A DNA stretch of 64,000 bases from Escherichia coli (GTDB lineage Bacteria; Pseudomonadota; Gammaproteobacteria; Enterobacterales; Enterobacteriaceae), in the NCBI RefSeq assembly GCF_050920415.1, contig NZ_CP169309.1, one strand, 5' to 3'. A program made the position numbers and the translations under genes. Below, piece by piece: positions 1 through 10,617 of the stretch (within the stretch, counting starts at the first letter, position 1; each line of letters opens with the position of its first letter). The notes under the pieces are model-generated. The model had not been told where the DNA came from. It searched no databases and saw only the letters and a program-made list of their open reading frames with translations.

Positions 1-2
1 TT

Positions 3-245
3 GTGTCACTTTGGCAGGAGCACGGCTTTACCGTACTGTTGGTGACGCATGATGTGAGCGAAGCGGTAGCAATGGCGGACCGGGTGTTGTTAATTGAAGA
101 GGGAAAAATTGGTCTGGATTTGACGGTGGATATCCCCCGTCCGCGCCGATTAGGGTCGGTGCGATTAGCGGAGCTGGAAGCGGAAGTGTTGCAGCGGGTA
201 ATGCAGCGTGGGCATTCTGAACAACCGATTCGACGTCATGGTTAA
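3..245 (+). CDS. ssuB: Aliphatic sulfonate ABC transporter ATP-binding protein, C-terminal fragment (5' end lies outside window)
   Basis: ORF track 3..245; translation [28 protein letters not shown] is a typical ABC ATPase C-terminus (H-loop region); position next to convergent pepN matches the K-12 ssu-pepN junction. Identity from memory, no search run. Confidence 0.8.
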   Translation: MSLWQEHGFTVLLVTHDVSEAVAMADRVLLIEEGKIGLDLTVDIPRPRRLGSVRLAELEAEVLQRVMQRGHSEQPIRRHG

Positions 246-248
246 TAT

Positions 249-443
249 GCCGGATGTGGCGCACAAAACCAGCGGTTTCAACGGATTGTAGGCCTGATAA
301 GACGCGTCAAGCGTCGCATCAGGCATTTGGGCACGGCTGCCGGATGCGGCGTGAACGCCTTATCCAGCCTACAAAACCAGCATTTTCAACGGACTTGTAG
401 GCCTGATAAGACGCGTCAAGCGTCGCATCCGGCATTTGGGCTC
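249..443. repeat. BIME-type cluster of REP (repetitive extragenic palindromic) elements between convergent ssuB and pepN
   Basis: Seen directly: two near-identical ~70-bp direct copies (approx 262-340 and 371-440) each containing the palindrome GCCTGATAAGACGCGTCAAGCGTCGCATC(A/C)GGC, plus a third REP-like palindrome GCCGGATGCGGCGTGAACGCCTTATCCAGCCTAC at approx 339-372; these match the enterobacterial REP consensus as I recall it. Confidence 0.85.
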
Positions 444-450
444 AAAAGTA

Positions 451-3063
451 TCAAGCCAGTGCTTTAGTTATCTTCTCGTACAGATCTCCAGAGAGATTTT
501 CCAGCCCTTTCAACTGCTCCAGCGCCGCGCGCATTTTCTCCTGACGTTTGGCATCGTAACGCTTCAGGCGAATCAGCGGTTCAATCAGACGTGAAGCCAC
601 CTGCGGGTTACGGCTGTTGAGGTCGGTAAGCATTTCCACCAGGAACTGGTAACCGCTGCCATCTTCGGCATGGAACGCTGCCGGGTTGCTGCCCGCAAAT
701 GCCCCAATCAACGAACGAATGCGGTTCGGGTTGCTCATGGTAAATGAGCGATGCTGCAACAGACCACGCACCGTCTCCAGCACATTTGCCGCCGGACTCG
801 TGGCTTGCAGGATAAACCATTTATCCATCACCAGACCGTCCTGATGCCACTTGTCGTCGTACTCCTGCATCAGCGCGTCACGGCATGGCAGCTGTGCGGC
901 AACCGCCGCAGAAAGCGCCGCCAGCGCATCGGTCATATTGTTTGCTTCATGGTACTGCTTGCTTACCAGCACGTCAGCCAGATGCGTTTCACCAAAAGCG
1001 AGGAAGCGCAGGCAGGCATTACGCAGAGTGCGTTTTGCAATATCTTCATGCTCAACGCGGTACTCGCTCTGATAATTTGCGTTATAAATAGCCAGCAGCT
1101 CATCCGCCAGTTCAGTCGCCAGAGTACGGGTAAGTGCTTCGCGTACTTCGGCAATAGCAATCGGGTCGATGATATCGAACAGTTCCGCCATTTCATTGAC
1201 GGATGGCAGCGTCAGAATTTCTGCCGCCAGTGCCGGGTCAATCTTCTCATCCAGCAGCACCGCGCGGAAAGCATCGGCAACGTGTGCGGGTAAAGACAAT
1301 GGTTGACCTTGCTGATGACGGGCGACGTTCAGTTTGATGTAGGTTGCCAGCAGGCTTTGTGCCGCATCCCAGCGGGAGAAATCATTACGCGCATGACGCA
1401 TCAGGAAGGTCAGTTGCTGATCGCTCCACTTATATTCCAGTTTCACTGGCGCAGAGAATTCACACAGCAGTGCGGGCACCGGCTGGAAGTAGACATTATC
1501 AAAGACAAAGGTCTGTTCCGCCTGGGTGACGTTCAGTACCGAATTCACCGGGTGACCGCCTTTCTGCAACGGGATCACTTTGCCTTCGTTGTCATACAGT
1601 TCAATGGCAAACGGAATATGCAGCGGCTGTTTTTCTGCCTGATCCGGCGTAGCAGGCGTGCGCTGGCTGATGGTCAGGGTGTACTGCTCGGTTTCCGGAT
1701 TATAGTCGTCTTTGACGGTCACAACCGGCGTACCGGACTGGCTGTACCAACGGCGGAAATGGGAGAGATCGACATTTGACGCATCTTCCATCGCCTGAAC
1801 AAAGTCGTCGCAGGTTGCCGCACTGCCATCATGGCGCTCGAAATAGAGCTGCATCCCTTTCTGGAAGTTTTCTTCGCCCAGCAGAGTGTGGATCATGCGA
1901 ATCACTTCCGCGCCCTTCTCATAAACGGTCAGGGTGTAGAAGTTGTTCATTTCAATAACCATATCCGGGCGGATCGGGTGCGCCATCGGGCTGGCGTCTT
2001 CCGCAAACTGCAATCCGCGCATGGTGCGCACGTTGTTGATACGGTTTACTGCGCGGGAACCAAGATCAGAGCTGAATTCCTGATCGCGGAAGACGGTTAA
2101 GCCTTCTTTCAGGCTGAGCTGGAACCAGTCGCGGCAGGTCACACGGTTACCGGTCCAGTTATGGAAATATTCATGACCAATAACGCGCTCAATATCGAGA
2201 TAATCTTTATCGGTCGCGGTATCGATGCGCGCCAGTACATACTTAGAGTTAAAGATGTTAAGACCTTTATTCTCCATTGCGCCCATATTGAAGAAATCCA
2301 CCGCGACTATCATATAGATGTCGAGGTCATACTCCAGACCGAAGCGTTCTTCATCCCACTTCATGGAATTTTTCAGCGAGGTCATCGCCCACGGTGCACG
2401 GTCGAGATTACCACGATCAACATACAGCTCTAGCGCCACTTCGCGACCAGAACGCGTGGTGAAGGTGTCGCGCAGTACATCAAAGTCACCTGCCACCAGC
2501 GCAAACAGGTAGCACGGTTTCGGGAACGGGTCCTGCCATTGTACCCAGTGGCGTCCGTTTTCCAGTTCGCCTTGCGCAACGCGGTTACCGTTGGAAAGCA
2601 GGAACGGGTATTTGGTTTTATCGGCAATAATTTTGGTGGTAAAACGCGCCAGCACGTCCGGGCGGTCGAGATAATACGTAATATGGCGGAAACCTTCGGC
2701 TTCACACTGGGTGCAAAGCGCATCGCCTGACTGATAAAGCCCTTCCAGCGCAGTATTCGCCGCTGGGCTAATTTCATTAACGATCTTGAGCGTAAAACGC
2801 TCCGGCAAATTACTGATGACCAGTGCGCCCTCTTCTTCTTTCCAGGCGGTCCACGGCTCATCATTAATATGAACAGAAACCAGTTTAAGATCTTCGCCAT
2901 CAAGACGAAGCGGAGCATCTGATGCACCATGACGGACAGCCTGGCTGACCGCGGTAACGACCGTCTTTTGCGCGTCCAGGTCAAAGGTCAAGTCAATATC
3001 AGTAATCTGGTAATCCGGCGCACGATAATCGTGACGGTATTTGGCTTGTGGCTGTTGAGTCAT
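451..3063 (-). CDS. pepN: Aminopeptidase N (M1 family zinc metallopeptidase)
   Basis: 870-aa ORF; GAMEN motif and HEYFH...E zinc-binding motif visible in the translation; length and N-terminus MTQQPQAKYRHDY match E. coli PepN as I recall it. Confidence 0.96.
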   Translation of the reverse strand: MTQQPQAKYRHDYRAPDYQITDIDLTFDLDAQKTVVTAVSQAVRHGASDAPLRLDGEDLKLVSVHINDEPWTAWKEEEGALVISNLPERFTLKIVNEISPAANTALEGLYQSGDALCTQCEAEGFRHITYYLDRPDVLARFTTKIIADKTKYPFLLSNGNRVAQGELENGRHWVQWQDPFPKPCYLFALVAGDFDVLRDTFTTRSGREVALELYVDRGNLDRAPWAMTSLKNSMKWDEERFGLEYDLDIYMIVAVDFFNMGAMENKGLNIFNSKYVLARIDTATDKDYLDIERVIGHEYFHNWTGNRVTCRDWFQLSLKEGLTVFRDQEFSSDLGSRAVNRINNVRTMRGLQFAEDASPMAHPIRPDMVIEMNNFYTLTVYEKGAEVIRMIHTLLGEENFQKGMQLYFERHDGSAATCDDFVQAMEDASNVDLSHFRRWYSQSGTPVVTVKDDYNPETEQYTLTISQRTPATPDQAEKQPLHIPFAIELYDNEGKVIPLQKGGHPVNSVLNVTQAEQTFVFDNVYFQPVPALLCEFSAPVKLEYKWSDQQLTFLMRHARNDFSRWDAAQSLLATYIKLNVARHQQGQPLSLPAHVADAFRAVLLDEKIDPALAAEILTLPSVNEMAELFDIIDPIAIAEVREALTRTLATELADELLAIYNANYQSEYRVEHEDIAKRTLRNACLRFLAFGETHLADVLVSKQYHEANNMTDALAALSAAVAAQLPCRDALMQEYDDKWHQDGLVMDKWFILQATSPAANVLETVRGLLQHRSFTMSNPNRIRSLIGAFAGSNPAAFHAEDGSGYQFLVEMLTDLNSRNPQVASRLIEPLIRLKRYDAKRQEKMRAALEQLKGLENLSGDLYEKITKALA

Positions 3064-3328
3064 AAATAACCTTTAGCATCTTTTATAGAGTCTGGTGTTC
3101 AGTCTATTCCTGTTGCGTAAATCGCGCTATGCAGAATCTTCATCTTTTCAGGTACAAACGCCTTTATTGCTACATTTTTATAACATACGCAGCGCAATAC
3201 CATCGACCAGAAAGGTGACATATGGTGTGATCGGGGTTCAATAAATTACGAAACAAGGTATACTCCAGCAGTTCCTGAAGATGTTTATTGTACTAAACGC
3301 TCCTGTACGAGGACGCTACTGCGCACCT

Positions 3329-4531
3329 ATGACACAATTCGCTTCTCCTGTTCTGCACTCGTTGCTGGATACAGATGCTTATAAGTTGCATATGCAGCAA
3401 GCCGTGTTTCATCACTATTACGATGTGCATGTCGCGGCGGAGTTTCGTTGCCGAGGTGACGATCTGCTGGGTATTTATGCCGATGCTATTCGTGAACAGG
3501 TTCAGGCGATGCAGCATCTGCGCCTGCAGGATGATGAATATCAATGGCTCTCAGCCCTGCCTTTCTTTAAAGCCGACTATCTTAACTGGCTACGCGAGTT
3601 CCGCTTTAACCCGGAACAAGTCACCGTGTCCAACGATAATGGCAAGCTGGATATTCGTTTAAGCGGCCCGTGGCGTGAAGTCATCCTCTGGGAAGTTCCT
3701 TTGCTGGCGGTTATCAGTGAAATGGTACATCGCTATCGCTCACCGCAGGCCGACGTTGCGCAAGCCCTCGACACGCTGGAAAGCAAATTAGTCGACTTCT
3801 CGGCATTAACCGCCGATCTTGATATGTCGCGCTTCCATCTGATGGATTTTGGCACCCGCCGCCGTTTTTCTCGCGAAGTACAAGAAACCATCGTTAAGCG
3901 TCTACAACAAGAATCCTGGTTCGTAGGCACCAGTAATTACGATCTGGCGCGTCGGCTTTCCCTCACGCCAATGGGAACACAAGCACACGAATGGTTCCAG
4001 GCACATCAGCAAATCAGCCCGGACCTTGCCAACAGCCAGCGAGCTGCACTTGCTGCCTGGCTGGAAGAATATCCTGACCAACTTGGCATTGCGTTAACCG
4101 ACTGTATTACCATGGATGCGTTCCTGCGAGATTTCGGCGTAGAATTTGCCAGCCGCTATCAGGGCCTGCGTCATGACTCTGGCGACCCGGTTGAATGGGG
4201 CGAAAAAGCCATTGCACATTATGAGAAGCTGGGAATTGATCCGCAGAGTAAAACGCTGGTTTTCTCTGACAATCTGGATTTACGCAAAGCGGTTGAGCTA
4301 TACCGGCACTTCTCCTCCCGTGTGCAATTAAGTTTTGGTATTGGGACTCGCCTGACCTGCGATATCCCCCAGGTAAAACCCCTGAATATTGTCATTAAGC
4401 TGGTGGAGTGTAACGGTAAACCGGTGGCGAAACTTTCTGACAGCCCTGGCAAAACTATCTGCCACGATAAAGCGTTTGTTCGGGCGCTGCGCAAAGCGTT
4501 CGACCTTCCGCATATTAAAAAAGCCAGTTAA
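3329..4531 (+). CDS. pncB: Nicotinate phosphoribosyltransferase
   Basis: ORF track 3281..4531; start chosen at internal ATG 3329 ([19 protein letters not shown]) giving 400 aa, the length I recall for PncB; divergent from pepN as in K-12. Confidence 0.93.
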   Translation: MTQFASPVLHSLLDTDAYKLHMQQAVFHHYYDVHVAAEFRCRGDDLLGIYADAIREQVQAMQHLRLQDDEYQWLSALPFFKADYLNWLREFRFNPEQVTVSNDNGKLDIRLSGPWREVILWEVPLLAVISEMVHRYRSPQADVAQALDTLESKLVDFSALTADLDMSRFHLMDFGTRRRFSREVQETIVKRLQQESWFVGTSNYDLARRLSLTPMGTQAHEWFQAHQQISPDLANSQRAALAAWLEEYPDQLGIALTDCITMDAFLRDFGVEFASRYQGLRHDSGDPVEWGEKAIAHYEKLGIDPQSKTLVFSDNLDLRKAVELYRHFSSRVQLSFGIGTRLTCDIPQVKPLNIVIKLVECNGKPVAKLSDSPGKTICHDKAFVRALRKAFDLPHIKKAS

Positions 4532-4699
4532 TATCATCAGGGAGCTAATCGGCTCCCTTTTTTTACCTTTAATTCCGAAATCTTTCGCTGCATTTGCGAA
4601 TTCTGCTTGTCTGATTGCAGATGCCAGGTAACATAGGTATCCCCCCATTTACGGGTGGACAAGTGTTTATTTTTTCCGACTATTAACAGAGAGAATATT

Positions 4700-6100
4700 A
4701 TGAGCGTTGTGCCTGTAGCCGACGTACTCCAGGGCCGCGTAGCCGTTGACAGCGAAGTCACCGTGCGCGGATGGGTACGTACCCGCCGAGATTCAAAAGC
4801 TGGCATCTCCTTCCTCGCCGTTTATGACGGTTCCTGCTTTGATCCTGTACAGGCTGTCATCAATAATTCTCTGCCCAATTACAATGAAGACGTTCTGCGT
4901 CTGACCACCGGTTGCTCGGTCATTGTGACGGGTAAAGTCGTGGCATCGCCAGGCCAGGGGCAACAATTTGAAATTCAGGCCAGCAAGGTTGAAGTTGCTG
5001 GTTGGGTTGAAGATCCAGACACTTACCCGATGGCGGCAAAACGCCACAGCATTGAGTATCTGCGTGAAGTCGCTCACCTGCGTCCGCGCACAAACCTGAT
5101 TGGTGCCGTCGCGCGCGTTCGCCATACGCTGGCGCAGGCGCTGCATCGCTTCTTTAACGAGCAGGGATTCTTCTGGGTTTCAACGCCACTGATTACTGCG
5201 TCTGATACCGAAGGGGCTGGCGAAATGTTCCGCGTTTCTACGCTGGATCTGGAAAACCTGCCGCGTAACGATCAGGGCAAAGTGGATTTCGACAAAGACT
5301 TCTTTGGTAAAGAGTCTTTCCTGACCGTATCTGGCCAGTTGAACGGTGAAACCTACGCTTGCGCATTGTCCAAAATTTATACCTTCGGCCCGACTTTCCG
5401 TGCTGAAAACTCCAACACCAGCCGTCACCTGGCGGAATTCTGGATGCTGGAGCCGGAAGTGGCGTTTGCTAACCTGAACGATATCGCGGGTCTGGCTGAA
5501 GCCATGCTGAAATATGTCTTCAAAGCGGTTCTCGAAGAACGCGCTGACGACATGAAATTCTTCGCTGAACGCGTAGATAAAGATGCCGTTTCACGTCTGG
5601 AACGCTTTATTGAGGCCGATTTCGCGCAGGTGGATTACACCGACGCAGTGACCATTCTCGAAAACTGCGGCAGGAAGTTTGAAAACCCGGTTTACTGGGG
5701 CGTCGATCTCTCTTCTGAGCATGAGCGTTATCTGGCAGAAGAACACTTTAAAGCACCGGTAGTGGTTAAAAACTATCCGAAAGATATTAAAGCGTTCTAT
5801 ATGCGCCTTAACGAAGACGGTAAAACCGTTGCGGCTATGGATGTTCTGGCTCCGGGCATCGGTGAAATCATTGGTGGTTCTCAGCGTGAAGAGCGTCTGG
5901 ACGTGCTGGACGAGCGTATGCTGGAAATGGGCCTGAATAAAGAAGATTACTGGTGGTATCGCGATCTGCGTCGCTACGGTACTGTTCCGCATTCCGGTTT
6001 CGGTCTTGGTTTTGAACGCCTGATTGCTTACGTAACTGGCGTGCAAAACGTGCGTGATGTGATTCCGTTCCCACGTACTCCGCGTAACGCCAGCTTCTAA
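4700..6100 (+). CDS. asnS: Asparagine--tRNA ligase (class II aminoacyl-tRNA synthetase)
   Basis: ORF track 4655..6100; start chosen at ATG 4700 ([13 protein letters not shown]) giving 466 aa; class II motifs ([21 protein letters not shown]) visible. Confidence 0.95.
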
Positions 6101-6112
6101 TTTAGCGTCTTC

Positions 6113-6142
6113 AAGAGCCAGCACCCGCTGGCTCTTTTTTTA
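6113..6142 (+). terminator. Candidate rho-independent terminator downstream of asnS
   Basis: Seen directly: inverted repeat AGAGCCAGC-ACCC-GCTGGCTCT followed by a T-run (TTTTTTTAT) just after the asnS stop codon. Confidence 0.7.
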
Positions 6143-6490
6143 TCCTTTCTGTCAAGTTATCTGTTTGTTAAGTCAAGCAATCTATTTGCAACCCCGCCAT
6201 AACGATCATCCTGTTACGGAATATTACACTGCAACATTTGCGCACAAAAACTAATCCGCATTCTTATTGCGGATTAGTTTTTTCTTAGCTGATAGCACAA
6301 TTTTCATACTATTTTTTGGCGTTCTGGATGTCTGAACGAGGATTTAGTGTCAGGTCGATAAAGTTTCTATCAGAAACAAAATTTCCTTTTAGTTAATTTA
6401 AATATAAGGAAATCATATAAATAGATAAAAATTGCTGTAAATATCATCTCGCTTCTAAGGAAATATGACGGTGTTCACAAAGTTCCTTAA

Positions 6491-6557
6491 ATTTTACTTT
6501 TAGTTACATATTTTTTCTTTTTGAAACCAAATCTTTATCTTTGTAGCACTTTCACGG
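6491..6557 (+). promoter_or_regulatory. ompF promoter-proximal OmpR-binding region (F1-F3 boxes); candidate -10 AAAGAT around 6580; long 5' UTR at approx 6592-6701
   Basis: Sequence TTTACTTTTAGTTACATATTTTTTCTTTTTGAAACCAAATCTTTATCTTTGTAGCACTTTCACGG closely matches the ompF OmpR-box region as I recall it from the literature; sits about 150-210 bp upstream of the ompF ATG inside a ~600-bp AT-rich intergenic region. Confidence 0.6.
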
Positions 6558-6701
6558 TAGCGAAACGTTAGTTTGAATGGAAAGATGCCTGCAGACACAT
6601 AAAGACACCAAACTCTCATCAATAGTTCCGTAAATTTTTATTGACAGAACTTATTGACGGCAGTGGCAGGTGTCATAAAAAAACCATGAGGGTAATAAAT
6701 A

Positions 6702-7790
6702 ATGATGAAGCGCAATATTCTGGCAGTGATCGTCCCTGCTCTGTTAGTAGCAGGTACTGCAAACGCTGCAGAAATTTATAACAAAGATGGCAACAAAGTA
6801 GATCTGTACGGTAAAGCTGTCGGTCTGCATTATTTCTCCAAGGGTAACGGTGAAAACAGTTACGGTGGCAATGGCGACATGACCTATGCCCGTCTTGGTT
6901 TTAAAGGGGAAACTCAAATCAATTCCGATCTGACCGGTTATGGTCAGTGGGAATATAACTTCCAGGGTAACAACTCTGAAGGCGCTGACGCTCAAACTGG
7001 TAACAAAACGCGTCTGGCATTCGCGGGTCTTAAATACGCTGACGTTGGTTCTTTCGATTACGGCCGTAACTACGGTGTGGTTTATGATGCACTGGGTTAC
7101 ACCGATATGCTGCCAGAATTTGGTGGTGATACTGCATACAGCGATGACTTCTTCGTTGGTCGTGTTGGCGGCGTTGCTACCTATCGTAACTCCAACTTCT
7201 TTGGTCTGGTTGATGGCCTGAACTTCGCTGTTCAGTACCTGGGTAAAAACGAGCGTGACACTGCACGCCGCTCTAACGGCGACGGTGTTGGCGGTTCTAT
7301 CAGCTACGAATACGAAGGCTTTGGTATCGTTGGTGCTTATGGCGCCGCTGACCGTACCAACCTGCAAGAAGCTCAACCTCTTGGCAACGGTAAAAAAGCT
7401 GAACAGTGGGCTACTGGTCTGAAGTATGACGCGAACAACATCTACCTGGCAGCGAACTACGGTGAAACCCGTAACGCTACGCCGATCACTAATAAATTTA
7501 CAAACATCAGCGGCTTCGCCAACAAAACGCAAGATGTTCTGTTAGTTGCGCAATACCAGTTCGATTTCGGTCTGCGTCCGTCCATCGCTTACACCAAATC
7601 TAAAGCGAAAGACGTAGAAGATATCGGTGATGTTGATCTGGTGAACTACTTTGAAGTGGGCGCAACCTACTACTTCAACAAAAACATGTCCACCTATGTT
7701 GACTACATCATCAACCAGATCGATTCTGACAACAAACTGGGCGTAGGTTCAGACGACACCGTTGCTGTGGGTATCGTTTACCAGTTCTAA
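6702..7790 (+). CDS. ompF: Outer membrane porin F
   Basis: 362-aa ORF; signal peptide [22 protein letters not shown]; C-terminal Phe (VYQF) typical of beta-barrel porins; recognised as OmpF. Confidence 0.96.
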   Translation: MMKRNILAVIVPALLVAGTANAAEIYNKDGNKVDLYGKAVGLHYFSKGNGENSYGGNGDMTYARLGFKGETQINSDLTGYGQWEYNFQGNNSEGADAQTGNKTRLAFAGLKYADVGSFDYGRNYGVVYDALGYTDMLPEFGGDTAYSDDFFVGRVGGVATYRNSNFFGLVDGLNFAVQYLGKNERDTARRSNGDGVGGSISYEYEGFGIVGAYGAADRTNLQEAQPLGNGKKAEQWATGLKYDANNIYLAANYGETRNATPITNKFTNISGFANKTQDVLLVAQYQFDFGLRPSIAYTKSKAKDVEDIGDVDLVNYFEVGATYYFNKNMSTYVDYIINQIDSDNKLGVGSDDTVAVGIVYQF

Positions 7791-7814
7791 TAGCACACCT
7801 CTTTGTTAAATGCC

Positions 7815-7848
7815 GAAAAAACAGGACTTTGGTCCTGTTTTTTTTATG
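7815..7848 (+). terminator. Candidate rho-independent terminator downstream of ompF
   Basis: Seen directly: hairpin AACAGGAC-TTT-GGTCCTGTT followed by TTTTTTTT immediately after the ompF stop. Confidence 0.75.
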
Positions 7849-7974
7849 CCTTCCAGAGCAATCTCACGTCTTGCAAAAACAGCCTGCGTTTTCATCAGTA
7901 ATAGTTGGAATTTTGTAAATCTCCCGTTACCCTGATAGCGGACTTCCCTTCTGTAACCATAATGGAACCTCGTC

Positions 7975-9165
7975 ATGTTTGAGAACATTACCGCCGCTCC
8001 TGCCGACCCGATTCTGGGCCTGGCCGATCTGTTTCGTGCCGATGAACGTCCCGGCAAAATTAACCTCGGGATTGGTGTCTATAAAGATGAGACGGGCAAA
8101 ACCCCGGTACTGACCAGCGTGAAAAAGGCTGAACAGTATCTGCTCGAAAATGAAACCACCAAAAATTACCTCGGCATTGACGGCATCCCTGAATTTGGTC
8201 GCTGCACTCAGGAACTGCTGTTTGGTAAAGGTAGCGCCCTGATCAATGACAAACGTGCTCGCACGGCACAGACTCCGGGTGGCACTGGCGCACTACGCGT
8301 GGCTGCCGATTTCCTGGCAAAAAATACCAGCGTTAAGCGTGTGTGGGTGAGCAACCCAAGCTGGCCGAACCATAAGAGCGTCTTTAACTCTGCAGGTCTG
8401 GAAGTTCGTGAATACGCTTATTATGATGCGGAAAATCACACCCTTGACTTCGATGCACTGATTAACAGCCTGAACGAAGCTCAGGCTGGCGACGTAGTGC
8501 TGTTCCATGGCTGCTGCCATAACCCAACCGGTATCGACCCTACGCTGGAACAATGGCAGACACTGGCACAACTTTCCGTTGAGAAAGGCTGGTTACCGCT
8601 GTTTGACTTCGCTTACCAGGGGTTTGCCCGTGGTCTGGAAGAAGATGCTGAAGGACTGCGCGCTTTCGCGGCTATGCATAAAGAGCTGATTGTTGCCAGT
8701 TCCTACTCTAAAAACTTTGGCCTGTACAACGAGCGTGTTGGCGCTTGTACTCTGGTTGCTGCTGACAGTGAGACCGTTGATCGCGCATTCAGCCAAATGA
8801 AAGCGGCGATTCGCGCTAACTACTCTAACCCTCCAGCACACGGCGCTTCTGTTGTTGCCACCATCCTGAGCAACGATGCGTTACGTGCGATTTGGGAACA
8901 AGAGCTGACTGATATGCGCCAGCGTATTCAGCGTATGCGTCAGTTGTTCGTCAATACGCTGCAGGAAAAAGGCGCAAACCGCGACTTCAGCTTTATCATC
9001 AAACAGAACGGCATGTTCTCCTTCAGTGGCCTGACAAAAGAACAAGTGCTGCGTCTGCGCGAAGAGTTTGGCGTGTATGCTGTTGCTTCTGGTCGCGTAA
9101 ACGTGGCCGGGATGACACCAGATAATATGGCTCCGCTGTGCGAAGCGATTGTGGCAGTGCTGTAA
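7975..9165 (+). CDS. aspC: Aspartate aminotransferase (PLP-dependent, class I)
   Basis: 396-aa ORF; N-terminus [23 protein letters not shown] and [14 protein letters not shown] (PLP lysine region) recognised as AspC. Confidence 0.96.
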   Translation: MFENITAAPADPILGLADLFRADERPGKINLGIGVYKDETGKTPVLTSVKKAEQYLLENETTKNYLGIDGIPEFGRCTQELLFGKGSALINDKRARTAQTPGGTGALRVAADFLAKNTSVKRVWVSNPSWPNHKSVFNSAGLEVREYAYYDAENHTLDFDALINSLNEAQAGDVVLFHGCCHNPTGIDPTLEQWQTLAQLSVEKGWLPLFDFAYQGFARGLEEDAEGLRAFAAMHKELIVASSYSKNFGLYNERVGACTLVAADSETVDRAFSQMKAAIRANYSNPPAHGASVVATILSNDALRAIWEQELTDMRQRIQRMRQLFVNTLQEKGANRDFSFIIKQNGMFSFSGLTKEQVLRLREEFGVYAVASGRVNVAGMTPDNMAPLCEAIVAVL

Positions 9166-9180
9166 GCGTTAAAAACAATG

Positions 9181-9207
9181 AAGCCCGCTGAAAAGCGGGC
9201 TTTTTTA
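9181..9207. terminator. Candidate bidirectional terminator between convergent aspC and gloC
   Basis: Seen directly: hairpin AAGCCCGCT-GAAA-AGCGGGCTT flanked by an A-rich run upstream and a T-run downstream. Confidence 0.7.
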
Positions 9208-9214
9208 TGCGCCT

Positions 9215-9862
9215 TTACCAGACGGGCATTTCGTCTTGCAGGAAGGGATTATGCAGGCGCTCATAACCAAGTGTGGATAATGGTCCGTGACCCGGAATAA
9301 ATGTCACATCATCCCCCAGTGGCAGCAATTTATCTTTGATTGAAGAAATCAGTTGATTATGATCGCCACGCGGGAAGTCACTGCGCCCTACTCCACCTTT
9401 GAAAATAACGTCGCCAGAAATCAGCAGCCTTGCCCGCTCATCAAAAAACACGACATGACCCGGCGTATGCCCAGGGCAATGTAACACCTGTAAAGTCACA
9501 TTCCCTATGCTGATGGTATCGCCTTCGTTCAGCCAACGATCTGGCGTCAGCGGCTGGCACTCTTCCAGACCAAACATACGACTTTGCGCAGGCAAGCCTT
9601 GCAGCCAGAACTCATCTTCTTTTTCCGGGCCAAAAACCGGCACGCCGTAATGTTGCACCAGTTCCGCCGCTGCGCCAACGTGGTCCAGATGACCATGAGT
9701 CAGCAGGATCTGCATCAGTGTCAGGCCGCTGGCATCAACTTCCTGTTTGATTTTTTCCGCATCGCCGCCAGGATCGACCAGTGCGGCCAGACGGGTTTGT
9801 TCACACCAGATCAATGAACAGTTCTGGGAGAATGCGGTGACCGGAATAATACGATAGTTCAT
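9215..9862 (-). CDS. gloC: Metallo-beta-lactamase fold hydrolase, glyoxalase II family (hydroxyacylglutathione hydrolase GloC/YcbL)
   Basis: 215-aa ORF; THGHLDHVG (HxHxDH) metal-binding motif visible. Confidence 0.88.
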   Translation of the reverse strand: MNYRIIPVTAFSQNCSLIWCEQTRLAALVDPGGDAEKIKQEVDASGLTLMQILLTHGHLDHVGAAAELVQHYGVPVFGPEKEDEFWLQGLPAQSRMFGLEECQPLTPDRWLNEGDTISIGNVTLQVLHCPGHTPGHVVFFDERARLLISGDVIFKGGVGRSDFPRGDHNQLISSIKDKLLPLGDDVTFIPGHGPLSTLGYERLHNPFLQDEMPVW

Positions 9863-9888
9863 ACTGCCCCTGTTTCGTTAAGCGATTA

Positions 9889-10437
9889 CTACCAGTGCCG
9901 TGCTGGCCCGGTATCAATATGCACAAAGTTACTACGTGGGTAATATCCTACACCACCTGCGCGCATAGATAACGCGGCTTTGCGAATATTGCTTAACGCG
10001 ATACCTTCAATGTGGAAATCCATCGCCTGGCCTTTAGTGTGATAGCTTTTCTTCGCTACTCCACGGCTGCGGGCGCGTAGTTCATTGTTGGTATCAATGG
10101 AACGATAACCGGAAATGAGTTGCACCGGTTTGCGGGTGCCTAACAACCCTTGCAGGCGATACAACTGGTCGAATAATCCTGGGTCGATGGACTTTATTTT
10201 GTTCGCGCGGTAATCGCGGAAAAAATGGTTAAGTTTTGCCAATTCTTCCTGAATATAGCCTCTGCCATCGAAAAACTCCGCTTTGATTGACTCTCCGGTA
10301 TGAAGATTATTGAGTGTCAAAATGCGCGGGCGTGGGGTCGAGAGTGTTGCAAACGCCGGGGTCGGCAGGATGGCGGCACCGAGTGCAACGCCACCAAGCG
10401 CCAGCAGTTTGCGGCGATTAGCGTCGAATTTGTCCAT
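9889..10437 (-). CDS. mepK: Periplasmic murein endopeptidase MepK (YcbK), Tat-exported, peptidase M15-like
   Basis: ORF track 9889..10446 begins at a TTG; start chosen at the ATG at 10437 (MDKFDANRRKLLALGG), giving 182 aa with a twin-arginine signal. Confidence 0.85.
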   Translation of the reverse strand: MDKFDANRRKLLALGGVALGAAILPTPAFATLSTPRPRILTLNNLHTGESIKAEFFDGRGYIQEELAKLNHFFRDYRANKIKSIDPGLFDQLYRLQGLLGTRKPVQLISGYRSIDTNNELRARSRGVAKKSYHTKGQAMDFHIEGIALSNIRKAALSMRAGGVGYYPRSNFVHIDTGPARHW

Positions 10438-10617
10438 GATAATCAAGTCTACAGGTCAATGTTATCGTTTATATGCACTTCTGGCGCACAAGAGGCACCT
10501 TAACCGCCCGTAAAGCAGACGTCAAGATGACTCAACCCCAGCAGTGACGGGGGCTGCAGAGAAGCGCCCCCGATCATGCTAATTATTACGACAACTGATT
10601 TCCCCGAACTGCTTCAT

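Noticed and set aside
3281-3328. N-terminal extensions in the ORF track for pncB, asnS (4655), ycaO (36845), pflA (42403), trxB (61482), lrp (61088), ycaM (46473), dmsC (49542), ycaL (33270), ycaI (29222), cmoM (19987) and mukE (17917)
   Set aside because: Internal start codons reproduce the known N-termini and lengths of these proteins and avoid overlap with upstream genes or promoters; the extensions are open-frame read-through only.
10546-10571. Hairpin CGGGGGC-TGCAGAGAA-GCGCCCCCG in the ldtD-mepK intergenic region as a terminator
   Set aside because: Perfect GC-rich stem, but there is no U-tract on the transcribed (minus) strand, so it does not meet the criteria for an intrinsic terminator. 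It could be an RNA-stability or REP-like element, but the evidence is insufficient to call it.
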